A stretch of 64,000 bases of DNA from Spirochaetia bacterium (lineage in GTDB: Bacteria; Spirochaetota; Spirochaetia; CADAEX01): positions 108,110-172,109 of the forward strand of contig CAXXHA010000013.1 of assembly GCA_963662265.2 (NCBI GenBank). Reading direction: 5' to 3'. The translations under genes and the position numbers were made by a program. Shown here piece by piece: positions 31,201 to 39,601 of the stretch (the stretch's first letter is position 1; each line of letters opens with the position of its first letter). A model generated the notes under the pieces. That model saw nothing but the letters and a program-made list of their open reading frames with translations. It was not told the DNA's origin and did no database searches.

Positions 31201-33369
31201 ACAGATATTGGAGACGGTACAGATTGTGCCGCAGGTTTTTCCATTGCAGCTGCCAATGCCGCAAATCAGAAAAGCGGTGCAACATTTGCAGCAGCCGGGG
31301 AATACGGAGGAGCTCTTTCTATAGCCGCAGGCACTGTTTCCGCAGAGGGCTATTTTTCATATGGAGGAGGAGCCGCAACTTTAAATAAAGGTTTCAGATA
31401 CGGTGATGTCAACAATGAAGCTGTCTACAGGCCGAACAGCCATCAGCTTGAGATATATCTTTCAGGATGGAACCAGTATGCCTCTGTAGCAGCATCAAAT
31501 GCAGTTGACAGTCTTGTTCCCCCCTATAATGTGAATGACCTGCAGTGGCCAGGTCTCCACTGGGGAGTATCAGACCCGAAAACTGCAGATGCTTCACTAT
31601 CAGTTACAGCTAACAGCAGAATAACTGATGCTGACGGTAATTCTCTGGATGAATCTGTTATTCCGTTTGATTTTAATAATCTGCCGGCTACAGGGTTTAC
31701 TGTTAACAATGACTGGGATATTGATGAACCTAAAATATCTCTGTATAAACCTGGAATGACACATATTTTTCCGTTACCGGGTTTTCCTGCAACAGAAGTA
31801 TATGTTCTTGATAATGACAGTAATGATGTTATTGACAGACTTGAATTTCATATCCATGATAACAGTTCAGATGAAGGGATTGACGGCGCAGGATGGAATT
31901 CTTCTGCAGACCATCCTGATCAGGATTTATTCTATGACACAGGAGCTCCTGCAGATATACTTCCTGAAGGGGTCAGGGATTTTACAGTAAAACTTGCTAT
32001 GTCCAGCTTTTTTATCAATCGATCAGGAACAGCTCCTGTATATCCTGCTTCCGGATATACATTCTCAACAGAAGTCAGTAATACAATTTTTGAACCATTG
32101 CCCGGGCCTGTGGAAAGAACTGCCGGAACAACTGCAAGTGATATGTATTTTACACTTTCTCTTGTAAATGAAGCTGATCTTGGTCTGACTTATCTTGACC
32201 AGGTTAGGCTTACATATGATGAAGTAAATGGAAGTATAACTGACCTCGCAGGTAACAGACTTACAGGTCTGACAAATGTATTTTGTATTGAACAGGTGCC
32301 GCCTGTTATATCCTATTCCCTTGCATCCACCGGAGGCAGGAAAATATTTGTCAGGTTTTCTAAATATATATATGGTCCGGGAGGATCAGGAAATCAGGTA
32401 ACTGCTGCAGCTTTTCAGGTTTCCGGAACACCTGTAACATTAGAGCCTGTTATCCAGGCAGGAGACCAGGGTATCCTTGAAGCTTTTCTTGTTATGCCTG
32501 CGACATTAAGCGCAGAACTTGTTTTTACAGGTGTAATTCAGCCTCAGCTTAACCAGATTTTTGACTCAACAAATACTGTTCAGATGGCAACAACCAGTAC
32601 TCATAAAATATCTGATATCGGTATCAGGGTTATTGAACCGGTCTGGGCTGATGATGGTGTTGAATCGGAAACTATACAGGGTGGGGGAGCTTTAAAAGTT
32701 TTTGACGGAACAGGACGACTTCATGACAGTGATATAACATTACAGGCAGGAATTCAATCCGCTTCAGCTGCTTCACTTCCATCTATACTGTATTTTGATG
32801 TAAATCCGCCTTCATCAGCAATGTGGAATGATTTCTGGCTTCCAGGTGTTATCAAGGGCTTCAATGAAAATCCCAATAACAGTGTCAGGGGAGTTTCTGC
32901 CTACAGCAGCCAGGGCGCTTTGAGAAACTTCATTATACCTTCAAATGATTCTGAAATTAAACCGGGAGCAACACTTGAGTTTCTTTTGAGGCTTGGAGGA
33001 CTTTATTGTTCTGATGTCAGGGATCCTGATGACCCGAGAACTCTTATTCCCTGGAAAGTGAAAATAACTGGAGTTAAAAAACAGCGTGCTGGAGTCACAA
33101 TTCTCAATAATGTAATTAATCCGCTGGAAGGAGAGAAAACTGTTCTTCAGTATGACCTAGAGAAGTCAGGTGCTGTAACAATAAATATATTCAGTCTTTC
33201 CGGAGATGTTGTGCAGACTCTTTTTAAGGGAAGACAGGCCAAAGGCAGTTACAGTTTTACATGGGACGGAAAAAATACCGGTGGCAGGGCAGTTGCACGA
33301 GGAATATATTTTATCCGGATTGTCGGGCCTGATGTGGATGAATACAGAAAAGTAATGGTTGTGAAATAA
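22276..33369 (+). CDS. Giant (3697 aa) secreted repeat protein, probable beta-helical surface protein/adhesin with C-terminal FlgD-Ig domain
   Basis: SPI-type signal peptide (…IVVFS-Q); G/T/N-rich beta-strand repeats; C-terminus NNVINP...YSFTWDGKNTGGRAVARGIYFIRI...RKVMVVK. Confidence 0.85.
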   Translation: MKKNIIISIFSLLFLFPIVVFSQTLIPQGTDNWLSGAGTPGSGDVDGLNVVFFEIPDTVTGPIYFAIEDPGIVEDGGTPGTALNPQDQWIIDAGERMTFTLVGGDGAFSNPVSRKYKYSTKADVYSSGTGIQLDQHIYTPDAVAGALNPETTGWIYFNPVYPSQGEHIGNKYYFKVIAEASTGANFKNGYRFDASLSNAGSPTGISGGEAFAYSWCVLFRDDIDDSWDLYPYVTRNAVPPVVRFIVVGCFDFDPSGGVPTAAIYNKEPEGVPSAITVDGPSNEVDNGSVEITAGEDNGTWRVRITETGSVGYPNTSEVWAWENGAAENGNTVPDESTDTMYRIYSGSYNPPDPHHIVAVAEDGTAIDNDSDTEKITFQVVDDTGTPLPYSEKIWIDLSSYTGVTIVQKNNNADIDSPTAVGANTTLVTTDVSGIGWITIKRTDQADSTVTVTPVTNGGNSSSTLPGTNTSADVFFGNINAPTISSAGNNDENISQSGTPLENIVITETGTGVTRSLVSGANIRIKLPSVLTDSVFSAPVPTATPSGGGFAGVVTIAGNVITVPITGNFANGDTLTLSGITADTGTVTGSGKIILDYDGSLSYLVEDDKATSVKNPNLKEWLGSAGTGWNTPGNWSGGSIPVAGQDVVIRNVLNQPVLDIATTPALTSLTIDSGSTLSLNGNTLQATTFENQGTLKVSGGETVTNFTLDTDSGTVEYSGTGNTIAAWGNYYDLVISGGTRTLSGAVVLGGSLTISTGGTLNSSNQGITLAGNWNNSGTFVNTTSETVTFQNNSVNSIISGSTSFYNLAVPSAAAGKTILFEDGSTQTVRNDISINGTSGNEIILKSTNPGTQWTIQNDTSTQNISYINVTDSNVTGSGGDLLASSSTNGGNNDTGASPAWNFNPVFTWTGGGGASWNTPGSWDLNTVPVFGSTVVIPDVGTDPVLAGAVTVNNLTIQNLGILSLNGNNLTVSNTFDIQNNGTLRLIGSEASVSVIDTNNGTIEYIGGAAGQNSYTGLPTAASPHNHLIFNDTTDGDDIWALGAALNIGGNLTVTTGSFDLDGNNLATVTGTFLVDTNGQLTLIGNETVAVINTNNGTINYKGAAGVNNYPSLPTAASPHNHVIFNDIADGNDTWTLGAGLNIGGNLSRTAGNISAGANAVSVAGNIIYTAGTLTSTGLVTLNGTAAQSVNFTNATLTDLTLNATGPVTAGSAISLSGTLTRTAGNLAMGANALTVGGDVSYTAGTLTSTGLVTLNGTAAQSVNFTNATLADLTLNATGPVTAAGPVNMSGTLTRTAGNLAMGANTLTVGGDVSYTAGTLTSTGLVTLNGTAAQSVNFTNATLTDLILNATGPVTAGSAISLSGTLSRTAGNLAMGANTLTVGGDVSYTAGTLTSTGLVILNGIAAQSVNFTNATLTDLTLNATGPVTAAGPVNMSGTLSRTAGNLAMGANALTVGGDVSYTAGTLTSTGLVTLNGTAAQSVNFTNATLANLTINSTGPVTAGSAISMSGTLSRTAGNLAMGANNLTVGGDIIYTAGSLTCSGTLILNGAVAQAIDLSNTTLTNMTVNKTAGTATVSTAVTLSGTLTRTAGNLAMGANALTVGGDVSYTAGTLTSTGLVTLNGTAAQSVNFTNATLTDLTLNATGPVTAAGPVNMSGTLTRTAGNLAMGANTLTVGGDVSYTAGTLTSTGLVTLNGTAAQSVNFTNATLTDLTLNATGPVTAGSAISLSGTLSRTAGNLAMGANTLTVGGDVSYTAGTLTSTGLVTLNGTAAQSVNFTNATLTDLTLNATGPVTAAGPVNMSGTLIRTAGNLAMGANALTVGGDVSYTAGTLTSTGLVTLNGTAAQSVNFTNATLTDLTLNATGPVTATGPVNMSGTLSRTAGNLAMGANALTVGGDVSYTAGTLTSTGLVTLNGTAAQSVNFTNATLTDLTLNATGPVTAAGPVSMGGTLTRTAGNLAMGANALTVGGDVSYTAGTLTSTGLVTLNGTAAQSVNFTNATLNDLTLNATGPVTAAGPVSMSGTLSRTAGNLAMGANNLTVGGDIIYTAGSLTCSGTLILNGAVAQAIDLSNTTLSNMTVNKTAGTATVSTAVTLSGTLTRTAGNLAMGANALTVGGDVSYTAGTLTSTGLVTLNGTAAQSVNFTNATLTDLTLNATGPVTAAGPINMSGTLTRTAGNLAMGANALTVGGDVSYTAGTLTSTGLVTLNGTAAQSVNFTNATLTDLTLNATGPVTAAGPVNMSGTLTRTAGNLVMGANALTVGGDVSYTAGTLTSTGLVTLNGTAAQSVNFTNATLTDLTLNATGPVTAAGPVNMSGTLTRTAGNLAMGANALTVGGDVSYTAGTLTSTGVVTLNGTAAQSVNFTNTTLTDLTLNATGPVTAGSAISLSGTLTRTAGNLVMGANALTVGGDVSYTAGTLTSTGLVTLNGTAAQSVNFTNATLTDLTLNATGPVTAAGPVNMSGTLTRTAGNLAMGGNSLTVGTDIVYTAGMLTSTGTVFLNGAAAQAVNFTSTTLTNMTVNKTAGTATLGSAVSLSGNLIINNAGIFDQNNFNMNVSTNISISAGGLSTGAGRINCGGNWTAVAGAVFDSGTGIVIFDGAGAQSLISGGADGNHDFYNIVINKGGGTLSVSTNELLTRNFFHFAGTLDISNRSIRTTGDFAAFGGAYTADDGGTADIFKYNPAPAFIRPAAVDAASAAVTALIDEEVVHSAAFANLDGATIRTDRNFYINGADMPSTVNWTLQVRDNKDGLTYFAEVYNSIVDNSQVAVNPSDLPAGSAGNIAAAENVTANLCSAEWRTVRTSIVDAGTYTVFDDIIRVQFSEAIENTNNEISAAVGDIFLTAFATPFTGTFTDAACTISTDTVDDINTFYLQITTNPWNTDAKDLSSGAAGSTDRDGTVRGNIPQIHFRKHLAGLYYTLRDQYKNRLGTTSFQSVDDQCKPVLYRIDIDRQAHAKPITHLADGHNLFRLYYSEPVHIGTDIGDGTDCAAGFSIAAANAANQKSGATFAAAGEYGGALSIAAGTVSAEGYFSYGGGAATLNKGFRYGDVNNEAVYRPNSHQLEIYLSGWNQYASVAASNAVDSLVPPYNVNDLQWPGLHWGVSDPKTADASLSVTANSRITDADGNSLDESVIPFDFNNLPATGFTVNNDWDIDEPKISLYKPGMTHIFPLPGFPATEVYVLDNDSNDVIDRLEFHIHDNSSDEGIDGAGWNSSADHPDQDLFYDTGAPADILPEGVRDFTVKLAMSSFFINRSGTAPVYPASGYTFSTEVSNTIFEPLPGPVERTAGTTASDMYFTLSLVNEADLGLTYLDQVRLTYDEVNGSITDLAGNRLTGLTNVFCIEQVPPVISYSLASTGGRKIFVRFSKYIYGPGGSGNQVTAAAFQVSGTPVTLEPVIQAGDQGILEAFLVMPATLSAELVFTGVIQPQLNQIFDSTNTVQMATTSTHKISDIGIRVIEPVWADDGVESETIQGGGALKVFDGTGRLHDSDITLQAGIQSASAASLPSILYFDVNPPSSAMWNDFWLPGVIKGFNENPNNSVRGVSAYSSQGALRNFIIPSNDSEIKPGATLEFLLRLGGLYCSDVRDPDDPRTLIPWKVKITGVKKQRAGVTILNNVINPLEGEKTVLQYDLEKSGAVTINIFSLSGDVVQTLFKGRQAKGSYSFTWDGKNTGGRAVARGIYFIRIVGPDVDEYRKVMVVK
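25711..29880 (+). repeat. 19 tandem intragenic repeats of 219/222 bp (73/74 aa)
   Basis: Units start at (T/S)RTAG codons 25711, 25930 ... 29659; 222-bp variant units at 26806, 28342 and 29659. Confidence 0.95.
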
Positions 33370-33392
33370 CCTGGAATATTTTAAACAATAAT

Positions 33393-33424
33393 GTTCCGGC
33401 ATGTAGCAATGCCGGAACTTTTTT
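33393..33424 (+). terminator. Rho-independent terminator after the giant gene
   Basis: gttccggcat/atgccggaac perfect stem plus T6. Confidence 0.85.
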
Positions 33425-33454
33425 ATCAAGAAATATCATCAAAAAGGAATTTGA

Positions 33455-33820
33455 ATGGAGCTGTTAACTCTTTTTTATATTCTGAATATCTCATTCCTTC
33501 TTCTCCATGAGATTGAATCAGCCTATGAAAAGGAATGGGAAATTTTAAATATTCCGGGCGGAATAACTGTTTTTCTTGTTATTCATTTTCCTTTAATTGT
33601 TATTCTTCTATATTGTCTGCTGGAGATTAACAGGCATTCACTATTTGGGCTGATTTCGGGAATAGTTACAGGTATCTTAGGTGTAATACCGTTTCTGGTT
33701 CACAGAGTAATCTTTTACAGATGTGATTCTTTTAACCGGATTTCGTCAAAAATAATAATTTATGTGAATATACTGACCGGATTATTTGTTTTTTATTTGT
33801 CGCTTGAAAAATTAATTTAG
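33455..33820 (+). CDS. Small membrane protein (DUF6713-like)
   Basis: About four hydrophobic helices; LLLHEIESAY.KEW motif. Confidence 0.55.
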   Translation: MELLTLFYILNISFLLLHEIESAYEKEWEILNIPGGITVFLVIHFPLIVILLYCLLEINRHSLFGLISGIVTGILGVIPFLVHRVIFYRCDSFNRISSKIIIYVNILTGLFVFYLSLEKLI

Positions 33821-33843
33821 ATTTATATCAGGTAGATTATTTA

Positions 33844-34917
33844 TTAATCAGATATAAAATAGAGTGATGGGGATGAAATAACCACTCTTCCTGCATCTTT
33901 TGAAATGTCGCCTGAAGTTGTAAGTGTCGGGGATATTTTCAAAGTTATGCTGTCGCCGTTATTAATCTGTATGAATTTTTCCATACTCAGTTTTGTCCAG
34001 GTTGTTGAGTATTCTGCAGCGGTAAATTCTTCCGGTGAGTCGTTTATAAATAATGTTACTCCGGATGATTTAAATGCATTGAGGAAGCCGGCTGTAGGGG
34101 AAACCTGAGTATTATCTTCCTCCCTGACATACAGGGAAAATCTGTAGATACCTGATACAAGATCAACCCTCCCACTCTGTTTCTGCGGTACTGTCAGGTA
34201 AACGGTATTGTCGAAATCTGTTCTTGTAAGCCTTATGTTGTCGATATTTCCTTCCTGCTGTTTATTATCTCCGATATTGAAAGTGCTTCCTGCAGATACT
34301 GTGATAGTCATTCCCCCGTCCAGCGCTGATGATAAGTACGGAAATTCATAATTCTGTACAAGCCAGGATGATAGTCCTGTAACCTGCCATATCGGTTCAA
34401 TTTTTGTACCGCCGTTATAATACAGAAACTGAATATCGGTGTAGCTTGGAGAAGTGTTTAAGTCAAATTTGATTGAGTACTGCGGATTTTCGGTTGCAGG
34501 ATCTACACCTGCTGCAATATCCAGAAGATTTGATAGAGTATATGCTGCTGTCTGTACTGATGTGAGGTTGAAATACAGGCTGAAGCCTGAAACCGGATTA
34601 TTAGCATTTGAAGCGGATGCAGTTGCTGTCCATCCAGGAGAAGCTCCTGTTTCAAAATCACCGTTAGGAAAAAGATTCGGTATTTCCAGGCGGTATGCTG
34701 TCCCGTCAGGACCTGTCGCATATGTTCCTGATTCATCGGTTAGTGTCATGTAGTTATAACCGTAATCAACAGCATTTCCTTTTATCAGCCAGTCTCCGGA
34801 TGCCAGGTTGCTGTTTTCAATATAGTTCTTTCCCTGGTATTCTGAAAGATCCATAGGAGAATCACTGCATGAGAGAAGAGGCATTAAAACTGTAAGAACA
34901 AGAATCAGTTTCTTCAA
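33844..34917 (-). CDS. Lipoprotein of unknown function, possible carbohydrate-binding (jelly-roll) domain
   Basis: Lipobox LLSC; NLFPNGDFETG...W and IDNIRL resemble CBM4/9-like modules. Confidence 0.6.
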   Translation of the reverse strand: MKKLILVLTVLMPLLSCSDSPMDLSEYQGKNYIENSNLASGDWLIKGNAVDYGYNYMTLTDESGTYATGPDGTAYRLEIPNLFPNGDFETGASPGWTATASASNANNPVSGFSLYFNLTSVQTAAYTLSNLLDIAAGVDPATENPQYSIKFDLNTSPSYTDIQFLYYNGGTKIEPIWQVTGLSSWLVQNYEFPYLSSALDGGMTITVSAGSTFNIGDNKQQEGNIDNIRLTRTDFDNTVYLTVPQKQSGRVDLVSGIYRFSLYVREEDNTQVSPTAGFLNAFKSSGVTLFINDSPEEFTAAEYSTTWTKLSMEKFIQINNGDSITLKISPTLTTSGDISKDAGRVVISSPSLYFISD

Positions 34918-35404
34918 AAAATTCTACCTATAATATAAATATATTATTTATTTCCTTCATTGTCTATTTTGTGTAAACAGGCAACATCTTTATTATAACA
35001 TATCGTGTTTATTTCTGTAATTCTAAACAGCTATATATATAAAAACAGGGAATCTGTGAAAAGTTACAACAGGGAAGCAATGAGTTTTTTTGACTGTTTT
35101 TCAGTTTTAAACAGGTAAATATGTGGCAAATTGAGCTTGAAATTTTCTGTTATCGAACATTCTGGCAGCTCGGGATGAATATCTTTCATCTCAAGGCTTA
35201 AAATGCATTCTCTGGCATGAGGATATTTTCCTGAAAAACAGTTTTAAAATAAGCCGCCCTGAACATTATCAGCTGTAATATAATAAAAAAATATCGATAA
35301 TATACTGAAAACCCCTTCCAGAAAACAGCAGGAACGAAGTATAATATCCCTTGCTCTTAAAGCAGCATTGGAATTATTTAACTAGAATTCTGAAGACAGG
35401 TTTA

Positions 35405-36817
35405 ATGCATAAGAAGAATTTTAAATTTTACAGACCGGTTGTTGTCTCTTCATTGATATTTATCCTCGGATTCGTGACAATCAATATTCTTCATTTCGAG
35501 GCAGACAGCCGAACTTTCCAGAAAAAACTTTTCGATTCAATTTTACCCACTTCAGCCGATTATATTTCCGCTTATATTGAAAGTTTCAACAGCAAATATG
35601 CGCTCCTTTCAAAGGTACTTGCTGCTGAAACAGATCCGGACAGCTTTATTATAAACGGCAGGGAAGACAGCCGTGCTGTTATCACGAGGCTCAGGGATAT
35701 ATCTGAAAAAACCTCTGTCAAGACGACTGGTTATATATCTTTTCTGACAGATAAATACTATGACAGTAACGGCACAGTGCTTGAACTTGACTATAATTCA
35801 GAAAGAGATTCATGGATAACGGAATTCCTTAACAGCGGTGCCGATACAAAATCGACTTTCTATGACCCGGAAGATAATGAGCATCTTTTTGCCATATACA
35901 ATGATGTGAAAATATCTGGAAAGGAAGGTTCTGTTGATGCAATTTTCGGCCTTGGTGTATCTTTCGGTTCTGCCACAGAGGATATCAACAAGGCTGGAGA
36001 AAATAAAACAATATTTTTTATAGATACTTCTGGCATGATAAAATTCCCCTCTAATATGAGGGGGAAAAATATTTATGACAGATACGGAATTGATAGAAAC
36101 AACTATGAATTGTCATCACATAACCATTCCCAGTATGAGAATGTGATTTATCTTTCTGAAGATAATAAAAAAGTTGTTTTTTACTCAGAATATATTTCTT
36201 TTCTCGGAAAATTCATGATTATTGAACTTGATATTACTGAGATTTACAATGATTTGAAGACTCAGTTTTTATCTTCATTCATTGCAGGGCTTATTCTTTC
36301 AGCAGGAATTGTTATCGGAAATATATTTATACTGAACCACTCGAATAACCGGCATTTTAAAAAGGCCTACAAAGATCCCCTTACCGGATGCTATAACAGG
36401 AGGTTTCTTGACCACTGTTTTTCCGGCAGTAGAACTGGTTTTTCAACAGGAAGCACATCTCTTATTACCCTTGATATAGATCATTTCAAGGAAATCAATG
36501 ATAAAAGGGGGCATCTGGAGGGAGATGTAATTCTGAAAACTGTTGCATCTGTTGCACAGTCATGTGTCAGGGATAAAGATGCTGTCATCAGGTGGGGCGG
36601 TGATGAGTTTATACTTCTGGTGAAGGCAGATATTGATGATGCATTCAGAATTGCTGAAAGAATCAGGTCGGAATTATATTTAAAAACTGCTGTCTCTATT
36701 ACAGCAGGTGTGACATCTATTGGAAAAGATGATATTTTTGAGACTGCAATGGAAAGAGCTGATTCTGCTCTTTATAAAGCCAAGAATGAAGGGCGTAACA
36801 GGGTATATACTGCCTGA
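35405..36817 (+). CDS. Membrane sensor (Cache-like) diguanylate cyclase
   Basis: Two TM helices around a periplasmic domain; DPLTGCYNRR, DIDHFKEIND, RDKD I-site, RWGGDEF. Confidence 0.9.
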   Translation: MHKKNFKFYRPVVVSSLIFILGFVTINILHFEADSRTFQKKLFDSILPTSADYISAYIESFNSKYALLSKVLAAETDPDSFIINGREDSRAVITRLRDISEKTSVKTTGYISFLTDKYYDSNGTVLELDYNSERDSWITEFLNSGADTKSTFYDPEDNEHLFAIYNDVKISGKEGSVDAIFGLGVSFGSATEDINKAGENKTIFFIDTSGMIKFPSNMRGKNIYDRYGIDRNNYELSSHNHSQYENVIYLSEDNKKVVFYSEYISFLGKFMIIELDITEIYNDLKTQFLSSFIAGLILSAGIVIGNIFILNHSNNRHFKKAYKDPLTGCYNRRFLDHCFSGSRTGFSTGSTSLITLDIDHFKEINDKRGHLEGDVILKTVASVAQSCVRDKDAVIRWGGDEFILLVKADIDDAFRIAERIRSELYLKTAVSITAGVTSIGKDDIFETAMERADSALYKAKNEGRNRVYTA

Positions 36818-36819
36818 AA

Positions 36820-37689
36820 ATGAATATTGAAATGAGAAATCCATCTGTATCTGTAATCATACCTGTGTTTAACAGGAAAAAACTCTTTACCGAAGCTGTG
36901 GAATCAGTTGTAAACCAGAGTTTCAGTAACTTTGAACTCATAGTTGCTGATGACTGCTCAACCGTGGATCTTGAGAGTGCTGTTTCTTCAATTCCCGGTA
37001 TTGAAAATATTGCGTTGAAGTGGATAAGGCTTGATAAGCATACAGGTATGGCAGGTAAGGTTAGAAACAGGGGAGTGGATGCTTCCTCTTCTGAATATAT
37101 TGCTTTTCTTGATTCTGATGACCTCTGGGAAAGGGATAAACTGGATAAACAGTACTCCCGGATGCTTGAACTAAAAAAAGATGGAATCCGAATTTCCCAC
37201 ACAAGGGAGAAATGGGTCAGGGGTGATAAAATAGTATCCCAGAAATCACAGAAGCATAAACGCAACGGTGATATATTCGAGGATGCCCTGTGGAAATGCA
37301 TAATCGGCCCATCCACGGTAATGCTTGAAAAGTCTCTCTTTTATGAGGCAGGCGGTTTCCGGGAGGATCTTGAAGTTGCCGAGGATTATGAGCTCTGGCT
37401 CAAGATAACAGACCATGAAAAAGCCGGTTATATTGACGAGATGCTTACAGTAAAGAGGGCAGGTGAGTGGGACCAGCTTTCGGAAAAACACGGGCAGATT
37501 GAGATTTTCAGGATTGATGCTCTTAAGGGGCTTCTTGAGAAGGGGTATTTTACCGGGGAAAACAGGATTCTTGCATCAGATATATTCAGCAGAAAGTGCG
37601 GTATATATGCTTCAGGATGCAGAAAGCGGGGAAAAGAGGAAGAAGCTCTTTATTATGAAAGTCTTTCTGCGAAGTACATGGTCAAGTAA
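36820..37689 (+). CDS. Glycosyltransferase family 2
   Basis: VSVIIPVFNR, IVADDCST, RNRG, AFLDSDD, EDYELW. Confidence 0.9.
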   Translation: MNIEMRNPSVSVIIPVFNRKKLFTEAVESVVNQSFSNFELIVADDCSTVDLESAVSSIPGIENIALKWIRLDKHTGMAGKVRNRGVDASSSEYIAFLDSDDLWERDKLDKQYSRMLELKKDGIRISHTREKWVRGDKIVSQKSQKHKRNGDIFEDALWKCIIGPSTVMLEKSLFYEAGGFREDLEVAEDYELWLKITDHEKAGYIDEMLTVKRAGEWDQLSEKHGQIEIFRIDALKGLLEKGYFTGENRILASDIFSRKCGIYASGCRKRGKEEEALYYESLSAKYMVK

Positions 37690-37793
37690 GACAATCTTAA
37701 TTTATTTAACAATCCTTCCTTATAAGCAGGCTCTGTCTGCAATATTTATGATAATTATTTTAATAGACCTGGAAACTTAAATATCAGATTTCT

Positions 37794-38762
37794 TTACAGC
37801 GAAGAGAGAAACTTTACAGCATTAAGCCCGTCGACAGCCGATGAAACAGGGTAGTAATCCTTCTCCCGTGCACATTTAACTGCATCAGCTACCATGTTCC
37901 TGAAATACTCTGTTTTTTCGCCCATACTGTTTTCTGTATCTGTAAGAGACCTGAACCCTGTGTAATAGGGGCTTTCTTCACTCTTAAGCTCTGAATAGAC
38001 ACCGTTTCCGATTCTGACCATTCCTGATTCAAAACTCAGTTCAAGCTGAAAAACCAGGTGGTCCCTGTCTGCACCTGCTTCAATCAGGACCGGTATTTTT
38101 CCCGATCTGCAGTTTATGAATGCTGTCCCTGATGTTTTGTTTATATTACCTGATATGCTTTTCTTTTTGAGTTTTCCCGATGTAAGGTACATTATTATAT
38201 CAGCCATATGGGTCCCGTCATGCCAGAGAACATTTTTTATTTTCTGACTTTTTCCCATGTAGAGTGTCCCTTTTACAGAAAGCAGTTTTCCGTATTTTCC
38301 ATTTCTGATTATCTCTTTTACAGCTGTGTAGTCGTTTGAGTAACGCCTTTCATGGTTTGTCATTATTTTTGACAGTTTTTTCCTGTGATGCTTTGCTATC
38401 TGTTTTGCTGATTTAAGCGAGTCGGAGAGAGGTTTTTCGCATACAATTGTACCTGTTCCATGCTTTATCCCTTTTTCGATGAGTTCAAGGTGGCTGTAAG
38501 GATGTGTGGCGATGAAAAGAATATCCGGTTTTACACTTTCAAGCATTTCATCCATGCTTTCGAAAACAGGGCATTCCCATTTTTCGGAAAACCCGCTTCT
38601 TCTCTCTGCATCAATATCAAATCCTCCTGATATTATGCAATCCGGGTTTTCATTTACAGCACCTGCATGTGTGCAGGGCTTTTCCCTCAAAGGGTCATCC
38701 TCGAGAAGGGATGCAATTCTTCCCAGCCCTGCAAACGCGCATTTTATTTTCAGCTCTTCCAT
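37794..38762 (-). CDS. Gfo/Idh/MocA family oxidoreductase
   Basis: GLGRI Rossmann start, VCEKP, NHERRY, HDGTH. Confidence 0.85.
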   Translation of the reverse strand: MEELKIKCAFAGLGRIASLLEDDPLREKPCTHAGAVNENPDCIISGGFDIDAERRSGFSEKWECPVFESMDEMLESVKPDILFIATHPYSHLELIEKGIKHGTGTIVCEKPLSDSLKSAKQIAKHHRKKLSKIMTNHERRYSNDYTAVKEIIRNGKYGKLLSVKGTLYMGKSQKIKNVLWHDGTHMADIIMYLTSGKLKKKSISGNINKTSGTAFINCRSGKIPVLIEAGADRDHLVFQLELSFESGMVRIGNGVYSELKSEESPYYTGFRSLTDTENSMGEKTEYFRNMVADAVKCAREKDYYPVSSAVDGLNAVKFLSSL

Positions 38763-39601
38763 AATTTATCAGTTTCTTCTTTAAGAACTTCTTTCAGTTC
38801 AGGATCTTCTGAAGCATATTTTATCACTGCCCTGAGGAAGCCTGCCGGTGTTCCTGTATCAAGTCTTTCCCCCTCGAGAGGTTTGTATACAACCCTGTTT
38901 CTGTCCATAAGCTTCTTGAGCGCATAAACATGGAAATATTCCCCGTTGTCCCCCTCTGCAAGGTGTTTTTCCCACCCCTCTTCGAGAAAGCTGAAAATGT
39001 CCGGGGTGAACAGGAACCTTCCGATTGATGCCTCTTTCGAAGGTTCAGTACCGGGAGAGGGTTTTTCAACAATATCCTTCACATACCCGTCGCTGTCTAC
39101 AGCAAGAACCCCGTATCTTTCGAGGGACGGAGGATTGTGAAGAGTAGACATGACAGCACATCCGGTCTCTTCATATTTTTTTACAAGCTGGCCTGCAAGT
39201 GGAATGTCCCCGAAATGAAGATCATCGGGGTATGCAACAATAAACGGATTGTCCCCTATGAATGATTTTGCCTGGAGTAAGGCATGTCCTGTCCCTTTCA
39301 TTTCATTCTGCCGTTTGAAAAAGATTTCAGCATCATGGGGTTTTATAGTTACAAGCTTATCAAGCTTTCCCTCTTTTTCGAAAACAGATTCAAGTTCTAT
39401 TTCCCTGTCAAAGTAATCGTCCATGACCTTTTTTCTTCTCGATGTGATGATCAGGATTTCCCTGATCCCTGAGGATATAAACTCCTCGACTATAAAATCT
39501 ATTGCCGGTTTATTTATAAGGGGCAGCATTTCCTTCGGTACAGTTTTTGTAGCGGGAAGAAATCGTGTGCCGTATCCGGCTGCAATTATTACACCTTTCA
39601 T
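38750..39601 (-). CDS. galU: UTP--glucose-1-phosphate uridylyltransferase
   Basis: MKGVIIAAGYGTRFLPATKTVPKEMLP, GTGHA, IVEKP; start at ATG 39601. Confidence 0.88.
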   Translation of the reverse strand: MKGVIIAAGYGTRFLPATKTVPKEMLPLINKPAIDFIVEEFISSGIREILIITSRRKKVMDDYFDREIELESVFEKEGKLDKLVTIKPHDAEIFFKRQNEMKGTGHALLQAKSFIGDNPFIVAYPDDLHFGDIPLAGQLVKKYEETGCAVMSTLHNPPSLERYGVLAVDSDGYVKDIVEKPSPGTEPSKEASIGRFLFTPDIFSFLEEGWEKHLAEGDNGEYFHVYALKKLMDRNRVVYKPLEGERLDTGTPAGFLRAVIKYASEDPELKEVLKEETDKLWKS

